A DNA stretch of 62,768 nucleotides, filler included, from Collodictyon triciliatum (taxonomy: Eukaryota), in the NCBI GenBank assembly GCA_043381765.1. It is 14 parts of 14 records of this genome, joined end to end, with 100 filler letters (N's around TTAATTAATTAA, not from the genome) between each part and the next. Parts side by side here need not be neighbours in the genome. Positions count along the whole stretch, not along the records: positions 44,374 to 52,381 come from JBHJMP010006092.1; positions 52,482 to 56,922 come from JBHJMP010006093.1; positions 57,023 to 61,464 come from JBHJMP010006094.1; 11 more parts are not named here. One strand, given 5' to 3'. The notes below the pieces were generated by a model that was not told the DNA's origin, did no database searches, and saw nothing but the letters and a program-made list of their open reading frames with translations. The translations under genes and the position numbers were made by a program. Below are positions 44,509 to 60,100 of this stretch, one piece after another. Positions within the stretch are counted from its first letter, which is position 1; every line of letters begins with the position of its first letter.

Positions 44509-47500
44509 ATGAGTGACGATGGCTTTGAGGAAGAGTACGAGTATGAAGAGCTCGAATTCGAAGCCGAGGGGTTTGACGGCGTTGATCTCCAAGAGTCCAG
44601 CTTCACTGAGGAAAGCTACGATGCTGAAGACTTGAACGAATATAAGTGTCTGACGAAAGGTTTTCTTGTTTTAATGTACATCGTATTGTAAAGTATAGCC
44701 CGTTTCTGAAATGAAATCTTTTCTTTTGCTGAATTCTTAATTTTAAAACGCCCCAGAACACCTGGAACAAAGACAGGAAGCTGAGTTCTCCAAGCTTAGC
44801 GAGGTGTTAAATAAAGATATTTGGTCCATCGGCGTCCTTTTGAGCCACTATCGCTGGAATGTAGACAGTATCATCGCTGACTACCTGGAAGACCCAGAAA
44901 ACGTATGCCAGCGGGTTGGATTGTCGTTGGAGGATGATTTCAGAATTGAGAAGGCAACGAATACACATTGCGGCATCTGCCTGGAGGAAAAGAGGGAATG
45001 CACAGGGATGCGTTGCAAACACTACTTTTGCTCTGATTGCTGGATAGATTATCTAAATTATAAGATACTCGAGGAAGGGTAAGACTATGAATTTCTTAAT
45101 ATCATGTTTTTTTTTTTTTTTTTTGGTTGTCTGTTAAAAAACCAACATATTAATTTTGTTTTATATGCCTTTTGCTCTTTAGTGACTTTAAAATATGAGC
45201 TACTTGTTTGTTTCGAACATTTGGTAAATAGGCATTATTTTTCAATAGTGCCACGGCTACAAGAATAATGTGCGCAGAACCCTGTTGTAATATCTTGATT
45301 GATGAAGCTTTCATTAAGATGTTTGTTTCGTCAGGCGTCTATGCAAAGCTGCGAAGCTTCATGTTTAAGTAATTCCTGAATGTTTGGGAGTCTTGATGCA
45401 TTTGAATAAGAAAAAGAATAATATCATTTTGTATGTCTCCATAAGCACATTCCAGGCTCCAAAATAGAATGGAAAAAAGAAAGCACGTATCTGCTATCCG
45501 TATTTAACATGGTGTTATTTCTTCTTTGCCCTTCTTTTGTTTGAATCTATACTAGGTCTCTTGTAGATGACAATCCAAGTTTGAAATGGTGCACTCGACC
45601 AGGATGCGAAAACGTTTTATCGAGGAGAAATGTCCCATTCTTTTCCGCTGCAATATGCGATTGTGGACAACGATTTTGGTAAATTTTCTTTCAGTTAATC
45701 CCTCAGAATGTGTGATATTGAGTTTTCGATCTTGCAAAATAAGGTTCAATTTGTAATAATAGTTTCAAGTGTTCTCAAGATGCACATTCACCAGTCAGCT
45801 GCGAACATGTATTAAAAATTACATTTTTCATGTATTCAGTTCATTTTCTATTATTTTAAAAGAAATTTCTTGTTTAATTGCTCTTTCTACAAGATGAAAA
45901 TGTGGACTGCAAAATGTAAAGATGACTCTGAAACGTACTCATGGCTAATTGTGAATACGAAACCATGTCCGAAATGTCTTTGTCCAATTGACAAGAACGG
46001 AGGGTGATTTTTTTATTTCCGCTACTTTAGATATGAACTTTTTTATAATATATTCAATGGAGAAGTCGAAATTTACACGATTTCCCTCCACAAATACGCT
46101 CACAATTTTGTTCATTCAGATGTAATCATATGACATGTGTCAAATGTCGGTATGAATTTTGCTGGGTGTGTAACGGGGATTGGAAGGACCATGGGACTCA
46201 GTATTACAATGTAACCTTCTATTGCCCATCAATACCTATTTGATTGGATATGGTATATCAATATTTATGTTAAAAAAAAAAAAGAGTATTCTATTTTGAT
46301 AATAATAATAATCACATCAGTGCAATCGGTTCGATCCAAATAAGTCAGGAAATGCCGAAGTTGAATCTTCCAAAAAGTCTCTGGAAAAATACCTTCATTA
46401 TTATGTCCGGTACGTGCTCTTTTAACACCGTTTCAATCCCTTGGTTTCGCAATTGATTATCTCCTTAAAAGGATGCACTGAGACTATATTATACCAAAGG
46501 TTCTCAAATCATGCGAGCTCTCTGAAACTTGAGCAACAAATGATGAGAAAAATGGAAGCCAAGGTCTTTTGACTCCTCTCAATGATAATAGTTAAATTTT
46601 TTCAAGTGTGGAAAAATAAAGTGGTTGGGCAATAATTACAATCGATACACCAAGTACTAATTTATATTTTTTCTGTCTAATTCTGCTGTGATAGATAACT
46701 CAGTTAATTCAAGGCGGACAAATTTCGTGGATTGATCTCCAATATCTTACGACGGCAGCCACTCAGTTGAGCGAGGTAATAATATATCATATCTAGCAAT
46801 ATAGGAAAATATAAATCATGGTATCCGACAGAATTTAATCAGAATTGCTATTTTCTTTTACTTTATTCGTGAAGTATGTATTTGTATTTATATTTGTATT
46901 TATATTTGTATTTATATTTGTATTTATATTTGTATTTATATTTGTATTTATATTTGTATTTTTATGTGCGATATTTTCAACATAATACTCAAATTTAAAA
47001 GTTCCGGAGAAAAAGACTCAATCGAGGTTTAATAACCATCAAAAGTGTCGTAGAATTCTACAGTATTCTTATGTCTTTGCATTTTATAAAGAAGATGGAC
47101 CTTCAAAAATGGTAATATTGATATCTCGACAACTTCGATGAAAGCATTGTGTCACTCTTTTATTGCTCCATTTAGTACCTCGATCCAAAAATAAATAAAT
47201 ATATTGGAATCCGCTCTGTTAAAAGTGAATTATGCCATCTCTAGCTATTTGAAAACTTACAGCAAGAATTGGAGCGGACTACAGAGTACCTGTCAGAGTT
47301 GTGGGAAACAACAGATGTTTCGCACGAAGCCACACACAAGCCACTCATTATATCAGAGTCTAGGAAAGCGCGCAATATGGTTCAGAATCTGCTCAAGGTG
47401 AGTCAATAGTTTCTTGGGAATCACACTTTCCGTGTAGATGCACAATTTATTTCACTTTTTTTTTAAAAAAAAACAAACAAACAAACAAACAAACAAACAA

Positions 47501-47605
47501 ACAAACAAACAAACAAACAAACAAACAAACAAACAAACAAACAAACAAACAAACAAACAAACAATAACCCATCACCAGGGTGTCAAAACTGGGCAGGCCT
47601 CTTGA
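44509..47605 (+). CDS. ARIH: Ariadne-family RBR E3 ubiquitin ligase, complete, about 13 exons
   Basis: Acidic N-terminus; LLSHYRWN; RING1 CGIC...CKHYFCSDCW; IBR KWCTRPGC...CDCGQRFC/FKC..DAHSPVSC; RING2 NTKPCPKC..IDKNGG/CNHMTC..CRYEFCWVC; Ariadne domain SLEKYLHYY..FSNH...CRRILQYSYVFAFY..LFENLQ. TGA stop at 47603-47605. Confidence 0.95.
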
Positions 47606-48133
47606 CGTGAAAATGTCGGGATAATATCTAAATAAAACACAGCTTCGGTGAAATACTTCTATCCTTCGAGTTACTAATGTAANNNNNNNNNNNNNNNNNN
47701 NNNNNNNNNNNNNNNNNNNNNNNNNNNNNNNNNNNNNNNNNNNNNNNNNNNNNNNNNNNNNNNNNNNNNNNNNNNNNNNNNNNNNNNNNNNNNNNNNNNN
47801 NNNNNNNNNNNNNNNNNNNNNNNNNNNNNNNNNNNNNNNNNNNNNNNNNNNNNNNNNNNNNNNNNNNNNNNNNNNNNNNNNNNNNNNNNNNNNNNNNNNN
47901 NNNNNNNNNNNNNNNNNNNNNNNNNNNNNNNNNNTGTTTTTTTTGTTTTTTGTTTTTTTATGTTTTATGTTTTATGTTTTATGTTTTATGTTTTATGTTT
48001 TATGTTTTATGTTTTATGTTTTATGTTTTATGTTTTATGCTTTTACATTTCATTTTTGTGTTACGCAATTTGTGGCACGTTTGCTATTTTTATTGTTTTC
48101 TTTGTCTCTGTATAAATATCTATGGTGGGCCTT

Positions 48134-51100
48134 TCATTTTGCTTTGCGTGGAAGAGGGCATGCATTCGTTGCGGCTGTGTTGCAGCCGGGAAGGGTAATA
48201 TCCAAACTATCCAACCCCTCGGAACCCTTCAGCGATAGACCCTTTTCATTTGCTAGGTGGAGAAGGCAGATGAAGTAGATGGGGACTGACGCATTCTGCT
48301 TCTCAGTCTCAGGTAAACGCTAATGTTGGTGCGCGAGTCGTGAGAAGCGGTGAGAAAGTTTCTTTCATTCTATTTATTCCTTTCTTTGTAATTTGCGGCG
48401 TTAATTTAAACGGCACTATTTGAAGCGAATAACAACTTACATCTCCTAGATTCGATACAAGGCTATGAAACGTGGTAGACACACTATCAGAACTATTTGA
48501 TGGCCGCCTTTCGCTCGTTTGAAGTTCAGCCCAAATAGATTCTTTCACAGACTTTACATCAACCTGTTGTGTATTATTGATTTGCTGAGTGATTGCGATT
48601 CCTTTGCTCAAAAAGAAGAATGATGATTTAATACGATTACACAGAAAAGTAGAAGGCAATAATGATAATGAAAATGATAATGAAAATGATAATGAAAATG
48701 ATAATGTATATGATAATGATAATGAAAATGAAAATAATTATGGATTTATAATGGTGATTGAGATAATAATACCAAGAAGCAAACCTGTTTGGCCCTCGTA
48801 GCGAATCCTATCTCAATTTTTGCTGCGCGTTGAGGTTCATCGACCAGACGAAGCTCATTCTCAACTTCTTCCGTTTGCCCAACCTGATTATCATGCGCTG
48901 ATGGAGTTGCTTCTTCCTCGGAATCATAAGCACCTGTAGGAATTACCGCAGTGAGAATATATTGCGGACTTGAAGTCGCGATAAAATCTTCAACCAAAGG
49001 CTGTGAATTTTCGCTATGTTTTTCTTTCAAAATAGTGAATAAATGTAAGAGATTAACTACCTGCTATGTCAGGGCAGAAATTGTCGATATCGTTTGAATT
49101 GTTGTAATCGTACCAACCTTCAGCTTCAACTTCCTATGATAATGTATCAAAACAAAAAGCACATATTGTTAGGTCACTATAAATTCTTTTTTCTTTTCTT
49201 TTTCATTATGCAATACACTTTGAAAAAATTGAACCTGTGTGCGGATTTTCTCAGCGGCCCCAACCCACGATTCACGCGTAAAGAGCTTCATAAGATTATT
49301 CGCCTCGTACCGAATATCTCTGTGTTTGATAATAACTTGATTTTAAGGTACTCTTTTGAAATAATCCAATTAATTTGAATTATGCATATATTGATTGGAT
49401 TATCGATATAAACTTTGGAAATGTCCTTGAAATCATTTAATAATGAACATATATAAGATAGTGACATCACCTTGGCAACGTAGTATCATAAATCGAGGCT
49501 TTAGATAGCTGGGCTTCAGAAAGTAGGTGGTTGGTTTTCTTGCTGATTTTAAAACTTTCCTCTCCGTCAAACTATGGAATGCATGTTGTTGGTTTTATAA
49601 ATAAATAAATAAATAAATAAANNNNNNNNNNNNNNNNNNNNNNNNNNNNNNNNNNNNNNNNNNNNNNNNNNNNNNNNNNNNNNNNNNNNNNNNNNNNNNN
49701 NNNNNNNNNNNNNNNNNNNNNNNNNNNNNNNNNNNNNNNNNNNNNNNNNNNNNNNNNNNNNNNNNNNNNNNNNNNNNNNNNNNNNNNNNNNNNNNNNNNN
49801 NNNNNNNNNNNNNNNNNNNNNNNNNNNNNNNNNNNNNNNNNNNNNNNNNNNNNNNNNNNNNNNNNNNNNNNNNNNNNNNNNNNNNNNNNNNNNNNNNNNN
49901 NNNNNNNNNNNNNNNNNNNNNNNNNNNNNNNNNNNNNNNNNNNNNNNNNNNNNNNNNNNNNNNNNNNNNNNNNNNNNNNNNNNNNNNNNNNNNNNNNNNN
50001 NNNNNNNNNNNNNNNNNNNNNNNNNNNNNNNNNNNNNNNNNNNNNNNNNNNNNNNNNNNNNNNNNNNNNNNNNNNNNNNNNNNNNNNNNNNNNNNNNNNN
50101 NNNNNNNNNNNNNNNNNNNNNNNNNNNNNNNNNNNNNNNNNNNNNNNNNNNNNNNNNNNNNNNNNNNNNNNNNNNNNNNNNNNNNNNNNNNNNNNNNNNN
50201 NNNNNNNNNNNNNNNNNNNNNNNNNNNNNNNNNNNNNNNNNNNNNNNNNNNNNNNNNNNNNNNNNNNNNNNNNNNNNNNNNNNNNNNNNNNNNNNNNNNN
50301 NNNNNNNNNNNNNNNNNNNNNNNNNNNNNNNNNNNNNNNNNNNNNNNNNNNNNNNNNNNNNAAAAAAAAAAACTAGGGAAAATTATGCCTACATTAAATA
50401 TAGCTTGTGTGGCGTTGAGTCCGTGTGTATCCTGCCGTTCAACAGGAGGCTCTGTCTATTGTCCGAAGTTAAGAAGGGCACAATAGACTAAAGCGTTCGA
50501 TGAATAATAAAAAAAAAAAACCGGGGAATTATTGAAAAATAAAGTATCTTGTAGGTTAAAGTGCCTCAAAATCGTCTTCTCCGATGTCAAACCCTGGCTC
50601 GTGCTCACTATCACTATCTTGCCCTTGAATTTCGTTCCCACCTTTCACTGAATCTATACCTAGAATACAGGTCCAATTTTTCTTTAAAAGAAATTAAAGT
50701 GAAAGACTTCGCACGATGCAATTTTACATCAATATTGACAAGAACAGATCCATTGAGGAAAAATGAGCGATAGAATATTATGTCAACCTGTCGCAAAATC
50801 TGAGGCTTGGGGGACAATCTCATCATGGCTCTTATTCGTGTGTAAAAGGCTTTGAGTGATGCCGCTGGAAGGGTACAACCCAGCGTGCTCCATATACTGG
50901 TAAAAAAAAAAAAGTCAGAGCTATTACATTGAAGTACACTTAAATCCAATAAAATATTTTGAAAGATAGAAATGGTCTGGTAATGAATCAATGAAGAGTA
51001 TGAAGTCAAAGTACATGACCAAATTCAGGGCATATTGTCGATCGTTGGCATGATTGCAAAAGCGATAGTCCTATATCTATACAGGTGATTCGCCGTTAGA

Positions 51101-52317
51101 TAATATTTTTATGTTTTCATAATATTATAGTAGAATAATCAACTGAATTATCATTAATGATGCAAAAGAACATAATACCACTTAACCCAGGTAACTCTCG
51201 TAATGACTCGCCTGAGAACGAATCAGCTGTGACAGCATATGCTTTAGAAGATTCGCTCTGTGATGATTAATTAAATTTTAAGTAAATATAAATATATAAG
51301 AGACTAAAAGAGGAAGCATGTAAGGTTTCCTTCATTCATACTAGATAATGCTGTTCAAAATGATTGGAAAAATTTCGAATAAGATCGTGAAACTGAGAAA
51401 CAGACTGAATCAAAAATGAGTTCGCATCCTCCATTTATCTGGAGCCTGTTTAGCAGAAGACCCTTCGCTCCTCCCTATGATACACATCAATTATGATAGA
51501 TTTATTCGACACAATCCCAACATGTAAGGGGTTTCCCGTATCAATTGTGAGTCGAATCTGCTCCAATGAGTACATTTTTAAAATTAGATGTTTTTTTTTT
51601 TGGGAAAATGCGGTATGATACCTCGTCGAAAGCAGCAGACGTCTTTCGAAATAGAGGATCAACACTGAATTCAATATCGAATTTCTTGCAATTAATATTG
51701 TCCAAGTTTGTTTCTAGTGTATTCACCCCAGTTTGATTGTGCTTAAAATAGGTATGATAAATCACGTTAATTACATTTGATAGAGAAACACATTTTTTTT
51801 TATTTTCTTCTCTTCTTCTTTTCTTATTCATTGTAGGCTGAGAGACACATTTAAATGGACACTGAGCAAAAGGTTGCGATGAATCCTTTATGAATTCGAA
51901 TGAAAAGGTAGCAGGACATACTTTTCTCTGTGTCTTGATTTTTGCTCCAGAGCTTGTTCCTTCATCACGATTTTCTTCATCCTCTTCACCGATATTCTCT
52001 CCATCATCAATTACATCTAACAATAGGTAACAACAGGTAACAATAGTAATTTACCAAAAGTATGTAAGAAAAATGATCAAAGGAATGTAATCAGCAAACT
52101 ACTGAATAAATCAGCCAAAGTCTAAAACTTAAGGAGCGACCATATTCTATTTGTGGTAGTGTGGGAAAATTATAGATATGATGATTTTAACAGGAAGAGA
52201 AAAACCTTTCCCGTCTCCTCTGGATAGTCCACCAAGCACTTTGTAAGTTTCATTGTGCACTGAATCAACCCGATAAGAATATATCTTAACCCCAGCATCC
52301 AAGGTGCAGCTAGCCAC
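48134..52317 (-). CDS. NCAPH: Condensin I kleisin subunit (CAP-H/Barren/Cnd2), partial, spans an assembly gap
   Basis: VASCTLDAGVKIYSYRVDSVH; FSVDPLFRKTSAAFDE/GGAKGLLLN; IGFATRAKQ/VDVKSVKESIW; SVPIYFICLLHLANEKGL. TGA stop at 48134-48136. Confidence 0.93.
49622..50360. other. Sized assembly gap (another at 47683-47934)
   Basis: Plain N-runs without the TTAA linker. Condensin exons continue across the 49622-50360 gap. Confidence 0.9.
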
Positions 52318-52321
52318 CTGA

Positions 52322-52381
<60 letters not shown>

Positions 52382-52481
52382 NNNNNNNNNNNNNNNNNNN
52401 NNNNNNNNNNNNNNNNNNNNNNNNNTTAATTAATTAANNNNNNNNNNNNNNNNNNNNNNNNNNNNNNNNNNNNNNNNNNNN

Positions 52482-53148
<667 letters not shown>

Positions 53149-53173
53149 TTATGCTGTATTGGGGGTGAGAAGG

Positions 53174-53647
53174 ATGGGGGTCTTTCCCGACGGCCTTCAC
53201 CACTACACGGCCATAGTGAAAAAAGTGGCGAGACCTTGGATACTAGCGGACCAGATTTACCAATCTTTCGATTCGTATATCACTACAAGTAAAGTAAAAA
53301 AGCGAAAAAAAATGGAGGGAGAAATTACGGGCGAAAGAAATAAAATGGTTCATAAGCACACTGGGCTTAGAGTAGGCCATAGGGTAGGGTTACAAGGTAT
53401 ATAGACCACCGATGCAACAGTTTTATTTTCAGCGTGAGCAAAAATAAGAAAAGAGAGGTAGCCATATCATAGTCCATCTAACACACCGACGGGCTGGTAC
53501 CCCAAGCCACCTGCCAAACGGCACGAAACACAGTATCCATTTTTCCACGAAACAAGTACACCTACTTCTGTTCTTAATGCTTTCGTGCGGCTCACGTTCA
53601 TGTGGAATACGCAGCAATCTTCGAAACACTTAGCATCATTTTACTAG
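53174..53647 (+). CDS. Possible small hypothetical gene divergent from centrin
   Basis: ATG at 53174 (MGVFPDGLHHY...FDS) joins in phase 2, via a GT-AG intron, to PSNTPTGWYPKPPAKRHETQYPFFH.... No homology recognised. Confidence 0.25.
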
Positions 53648-54464
53648 AGTGTTTGAAAAGATGGAAAAGGCATCTGGGCATAAGCGACAAGAAATAAACA
53701 TGCAAAGACGTTTATTTAGGGTCTATGTTAAATGTATACTCACTAAACACCTCCACAAACTTATTTTTCTAGATTTTGATAAAATCTATTCGTTTTTTGT
53801 AATCTAATCGCCACTTGCTTTGACTGCCCATTTGAATTGCCAAGAGTTTTTTGATTTGTTTTTTTTTGATTGGCATTTCAGCACTCTCTCAGCAACTTAA
53901 AGGAGCAGCATTTAAATCTGTTAACGAGACGAGCATTCTACATGAAATAGAGTAGACAAGAATTCGAGGATACGAATAATTCCATATTTTTTTCCAGTAC
54001 AATGAAGGGCAGTAAAAAATCATAAGCCATCCCATTCTAACAGTGCTGACCCATCGCATCAACAGCCCTCCCATATTTCTTTTGAAAATCACGGGCTGGT
54101 ATATAACCAGACCGAAAAAGGACGGCTGATAGCTTTTTCTCCCTTCCTTTATTCGATTCAAAGTTTAAGGAAATATTGCCTTTCAAGAGGCCAGTAAAGT
54201 GCGCATGGTAGAGTGCTGAAATGGGAAGAAGAGACCTAGAAGGATGGCACCACTAGAAAGAAACCAGTGATAGCGAGTTGGTTGGGTGGGCGACCAAACT
54301 AGTTCATCGACTGTGCATGTAAAAAACGGCCGAATACGATATGGGATATATCTTACAACACTTTCTCGCATCTATTGTCGAGGACTGTAAGTTTTTTTCT
54401 CCCTATTTGGAGCCTATCACGAAGCACTAGACGCCCATACGTATCGGCTAGTAGATTTTTCATA

Positions 54465-56907
54465 CTATATTGAGTAGCATCCTATAGTGGATGTGGAGGA
54501 CCGGTCGGCTGAGGCAGAATTCAGCATCGCACCATCTTGCGTGAGACTGAGGGCGACAGAAAGTAGGGTTCCTATGTATATTTTGCATACTTAGATTTTC
54601 TGGAAGTGATGTTACGTTTTGTCCTTTGCATGTCCTTTTGTATATACTATGTTCAAGCAGAGATATATCCATCAAATATTAACCCAAAGCTGTTGCTCCG
54701 GCATAAAGGAACATCACTTCGTTGTATCCTATATACTCTATAATCAATCCTGCCCCGATGGGGCACAGATACAACCCGAAGTCAAGGATTGCCTGGCAAA
54801 TTTCATCCATTAATTAGAATGAGATAGTCTAGGGCGTTTCATCTGGTGAATTTCTATTATTCGAAAAAAAATTACAAAATAAAAATAAAAATGAAATGCT
54901 ATTAAGAGACATATACTTGAAAAAGTCCGAGGGCAACACCAAGTTCGCTAGGGTCAATAAGTAAAGAAACCGACGGAAACAGGGTAGTGGATATTATTAA
55001 ATGAGAAAACCCCATAGTTATCTAAAATAATACCGCTTATCACAATTCAGTATGCCAAACATGCAAATGATCTACTACCCATCTGATTTACACATTAATT
55101 GAAAAATCAACACTAACTGACCAATGCATAAACTGGATTAACATTTGTCATAGCCATTACAAGAAACGCTGGGAACAATTGGATGAGGGCAAATGACACT
55201 AAGGAAAATAAAGAACATAAATTAGTTTGTTTTTTAAAGAAAATGATATGGAAAACAAAACAAAACAAAAACAAAATAAAAACAAAACAAAACACGAAAA
55301 ACAAAAATAAAATAAAATAAATAAATAGAAACAAACAAATAACCGAAAAAAAATTAAAATTAAGCAGACGCAGATATCCTCTTTTTCCAAATCGGTTGAC
55401 AAAGTTCTTTAGGAACGGTCTATACATGACATAAAAAATTACAAAAATTCATCAAATAATTGAAACTGGACGGTGGCTATTCATTATTCTGGGGGTTTGC
55501 TGATGATTTTCGTATTTTTAATAAATTTATGTCACGTTTCAAAATGGAAGCCTTTTTTCTTTTTACGTAGGATAGTGTTAAATGTATCAATGCTAACCCG
55601 AATATCAAAAGAACTAGGAAAATTATCATCGTTTCAAGCCCTGACTCGAATAGTGCCATATTTCTTTCCTCCTGTAGGTAAATCCTATTCATGAGGGTGA
55701 TCATTAATAGCTTCTGAATGGAGAAAAACATAACAAAGATGTATGGCCAAATAAGACTACATGCTGTTTTAAATTTATTGATATTGATTTTTTGGATAAT
55801 AACACTGAAAATGGAACAAAGCAAAAGACCGAAATATAGAAGGTCATTCCAACTTTTCCATTTTTAATTAATTGTTTCGTTTTAAAAAGATACTAATTGT
55901 AACTTCGGGACAGGTATTCAGGTAAGCTTATAATATTAATAATAATGTAATGAATTACCAAGCTTAACAGGTAACTTTATATATTTGAAACAAAAAAAAG
56001 GGAAAGAAAGACATATATGACGAAGCGCAATCAAAAAGAACCTGATATTCTTTGAATCAAATAAAGGGAAAAAAAACCTGATATTGCCCACCAATATGTT
56101 AGCGACAATCTGCGCAGAGTTTCCATGTCGATATTATCAGAGAAATTTATTTCCTAAAAGTAGAGTATAATAAGATTAAAATGACTAATTTACTTACAAA
56201 AATCAAATATTTACAAGTATAAAAGAGAACCTCATTCAAAATTTATACAGAAAATTGCTACGCAAATTGAAAGGAGGAATAATAATAATAATAATAAAAA
56301 AAAAGGAGACAATTTGAAAGGCTCGTAGTTTCTTTCATTTATTTTTCTCGACAACCTGTATGCTTTCTTGAGGATTGTAGTGATAATCGATTACATAATA
56401 GAGTGCAGATGCTATGAAAGAACTGAAACATACATAATTCCCTATTTTTTGGTAATATATAAAAGGCATAAATAATTACATAAGAGACAGCGTAGTTCTG
56501 TCATATCGAGTTATATGTAATTTTTTTTTTCCTTCATTCGATCCAAGGGAAGGAAGGGTCCGAGTTGAGTGAAATATATTTTTAATTGGGCAGTGAGTAA
56601 ATATATAATGAAACATGATTGACTCAAATGGAACCTATCCATAACGAAGTTTCAGCTCCATACTTTTCAGTTGTTGAAGGAATAAATGCGAAACAGAGAA
56701 TGCTTCCCTTTACATTAAATCGCTTAAATAGAATCTGACTGTAATTCTCGAAAGAAGTTTGCGATACCAAACTATATGTTTCTCAAAGTATAGTTTACCA
56801 TTCGAGAAACAGTCAAAACGATGGAATAAGATTGGCTCTGTCGTTCACCTCCAAACCATCTTGTAACAGCAGCATTTTGTATCACAGCGAGCGTTTCTCC
56901 TCCAAAT
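54465..56907 (-). CDS. MFS transporter, MFSD1-like, 5' truncated; exact stop uncertain
   Basis: FGGETLAVIQNAAVTRWFGGE...VSRM/GSILCF; GPFLKNFVNRFGKR; LFPSVSLLIDPSELGVALGLFQ/AILDFGLYLCPIGAGLIIEYIGY. This follows the MFSD1 pattern G.GGES..V.Q....WF.G.E and P..lGtA.G..q. Confidence 0.8.
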
Positions 56908-57194
56908 CTGTTTTTCGTTTTTNNNNNNNNNNNNNNNNNNNNNNNNNNNNNNNNNNNNNNNNNNNNTTAATTAATTAANNNNNNNNNNNNNNNNNNNNNN
57001 NNNNNNNNNNNNNNNNNNNNNNATAAAAAAAGATAAAAAAAGATAAAAAAAGATAAAAAAAGATAAAAAAAGATAAAAAAAGATAAAAAAAGATAAAAAA
57101 AGATAAAAAAAAGATAAAAAAGATAAAAAAGACAAAAAAAATAGAAGGAATATTTAGATACTTAACAGAGCATTTAAATTACAAATTCATTACA

Positions 57195-60100
57195 TTACTT
57201 ACGGGGCATGGGGGAATACCCTTTTGCTCCTTCGGACAACTTAAGCTTTGGTTGGTTCACAGAGGAAACTGCAATAATTTTTCAAAAGTCAACAAAATGA
57301 TAATTCAGCAATAAATGAGCCACCGAATCAGGAATACAATTTTTCGTCTTGCACAAATTGTTAAAATAAAAAAAGAAAGAATAATCAAAATATATCAAAT
57401 AGATGGTTGAATTGGAGAAAAAAAGAAAGGACTAAATTCAATGCTGTTTTAGCGTAATACATGCCATGAATAGGAAACCAAATATGAAACATGATATTCA
57501 CCACCCGAACACCCACCAAGGTCGCTCCGAAATGTTTGGCCCGAGTGATACCCAATCAGTTGTTTTCTGAGATGCATGGGAACATAAACAGACACTCGAC
57601 CTGCCTTGTCAACAGGGGGTGAACCAGAGATGAGGCGTCCAGTGGAACGAACGCGCTCGGTTTCGTACTGTTCTTCCTAAATTGTAGATAAGGATGTTTT
57701 TGTTTATTATTATTATTATTTTTTTTTTTTTAGAAAAATTATAATTATCACGTTGAATTTTTGAGAGAATTGAGACATAATATCATTCTTGACTAGTATA
57801 AAAATGTAAAGTCAAGATGCTGAATATTGAAGTAAATAATTATCTAGCTCACCTTCACCTTTGGTGGAAAAGGCGATGTGTGATTGTGCTCGTTTGTTAC
57901 GCCGTCTGCTGCTGAAATCATACAGACACTGAGCTGGAGAAACATCAGGGTAAAATATGAATATGTAAACTGTTGGTCTTATATGTGAAGAACCTTCGTT
58001 GATATTTGAATCCCTTTTCATAAGCCTTTGCGCGAGCGACTGTTGTCTGTAATGCACAAATATCTTCAATTAAATATCCAAAGCAAGGAGGAAAACCAAC
58101 TTTCGAATTCATTTAATAAGCTATGGAAAAAGAATTGCAACATAAAATTACGTAAAGCGTATGAATTAAAGGATGAGTATATCCGTGTTGTGGGTATACT
58201 TTGCTATTTTCTGGGCATCCTGTATTGAAAGAATCATTTGCGTAACTTTTTCTCGAACATTTAACACTTTCATCATCCGGATACGTTTTTGATAGTCTGC
58301 ATTTCGAAACCGGTCGTCTGATATGGGGAGGCACATCTCTTGAGCTTGAGATTCCTTCGATGGTTTCAGCGTTTAAGGGATAATTAGTTTTTTTGAATTT
58401 TTCTTATCTATCCAGGGAGATTACGGAAATGAAAAGAAAAAGAAAAAGAAAAAGAAAAAGAAAAAGAAAAAGAAAAAGAAAAAGAAAAAGAAAAAGAAAA
58501 AGAAAAAGAAAAAGAAAAAGAAAAAAAAGAAAAAAAAGAAAAAAAAGAAAAAGAAAAAGAAAAAGAAAAAGAAAAAGAAAAAGAAAAAGAAAAAGAAAAA
58601 GAAAAAGAAAAAGAAGAAAATAGAAGAGTTTGAAAAATTAAACTGATTGATATATATGCCAACAGACTACTACCGATAATCCGAGTAGGTCTCGTTTCTC
58701 CTCAGATGCACTCAAATCAAAAGCGCTCGGCGAATCGTGGATTGAAGGAAGAACAAGCGAAGCCCGGCTTGATAGTTGCCCACGTGAGCGTGATGAATCA
58801 ATGTTTCCACTTTGGTCAATAAAAGGTGACCGGACTCCCTGATATTTGAAGAAAATATAATATAAATCAGAATAGAGATGATTCCATGCAAGAAACAAAA
58901 TACAAAGACTGTGTTTGGTATCACGGAAAAAATATATACCAAGAAATTATATATACATACAAGCTTTCTTCTGGAATCTGCATCATCGTTATTTGGTGTG
59001 TCTCGTTGGAGGTTCAACTCAGCAAATGGTAAGTCATCAGAATCTCGCAAGTTGCGATTCTTTTTCTCGCCAAGTTTTTCTGTTACCAAGTTAAGTCTGT
59101 CTGGTAGTATCTTGTCAGGAAGAATCTTTTCTGGTGCATTCTTCTCAACAGCCTTCTTATCTCCAATTGCTTTTGTCGATGGCGCTTTGAATCTGAAGAA
59201 TGAAATTATGAGCTTGTCTTTATTTCTTACGCTAGCTCGTGGAAGGCACTACAAGCATTATATTTCGAGAAAGAAAAAAGAATTGAGGTAATAAGTTAGA
59301 AAAAAATATGACTTACGGTTTTGACAAGGGTGGTTTTTCTGGTTCATCTACTTTTTTCATGGCAGAAAGTTTCTTGCTTATGGATGCTTGTGTTTCTAAT
59401 GTATGTTTTACGAAAAACAACCACAAAAAAAAAATTATTAAGATTAAAACATGGTTATGAGTGAATCAAGTCGCAGCATTAGTATTAGAATGTTTACTGC
59501 AGTTTTCGATGAAACATATCTTTCGATCAAACAGACCTCCGATGATTCCATTAAAGGCAGCGATAAAAAAATGATCATATTTTGCAGAATCTTGGGTTGG
59601 ATATATCCGCGTGAAATTTCCCTGCATTAGTCAAATTATTAATACTAGTTGTTGAAAAGTTGATATATGCATTCTTGTCTTGTATTTTATGTACATGATT
59701 CATAAACTGATTAAAATATGAAGATCGACGTACTATATTCTCGTCTTCCCATTTAAGCCTCTCTTCTTGCTCCTTCCCCTTGGTCTCTGACTAAAATTAG
59801 ATTAGATTACGTTTCATCGATGCCAATAAATATAACCGAAAAAAAAATTCAAACTAAAAGGGAAATGGAAGGGAGAAAGAAGAGAAATTACATCCTTTCT
59901 ATCAGTCAAAGGGGCGTCAATATCCTCGCTTTTTCTTCGACTATTTCCAAATATTCTTTGCTGAGCTCTTGCACGTTCTTCTTTTCGGTATCTTTTTTTG
60001 TAATCTGCATCTATTTTGAGCAACTGACAAACACTTCGTAAAAGGTTGTCTTTTATGTAGAAATCCAAAGCTGTGTCGCAGGTAAGACTGGGAGAGTGGT

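Noticed and set aside
58393-58662. Low-complexity ORFs (poly-KR, poly-FS, HT, YHTIP and similar) in the ORF track
   Set aside because: These are translations of intronic or intergenic microsatellites, not genes.
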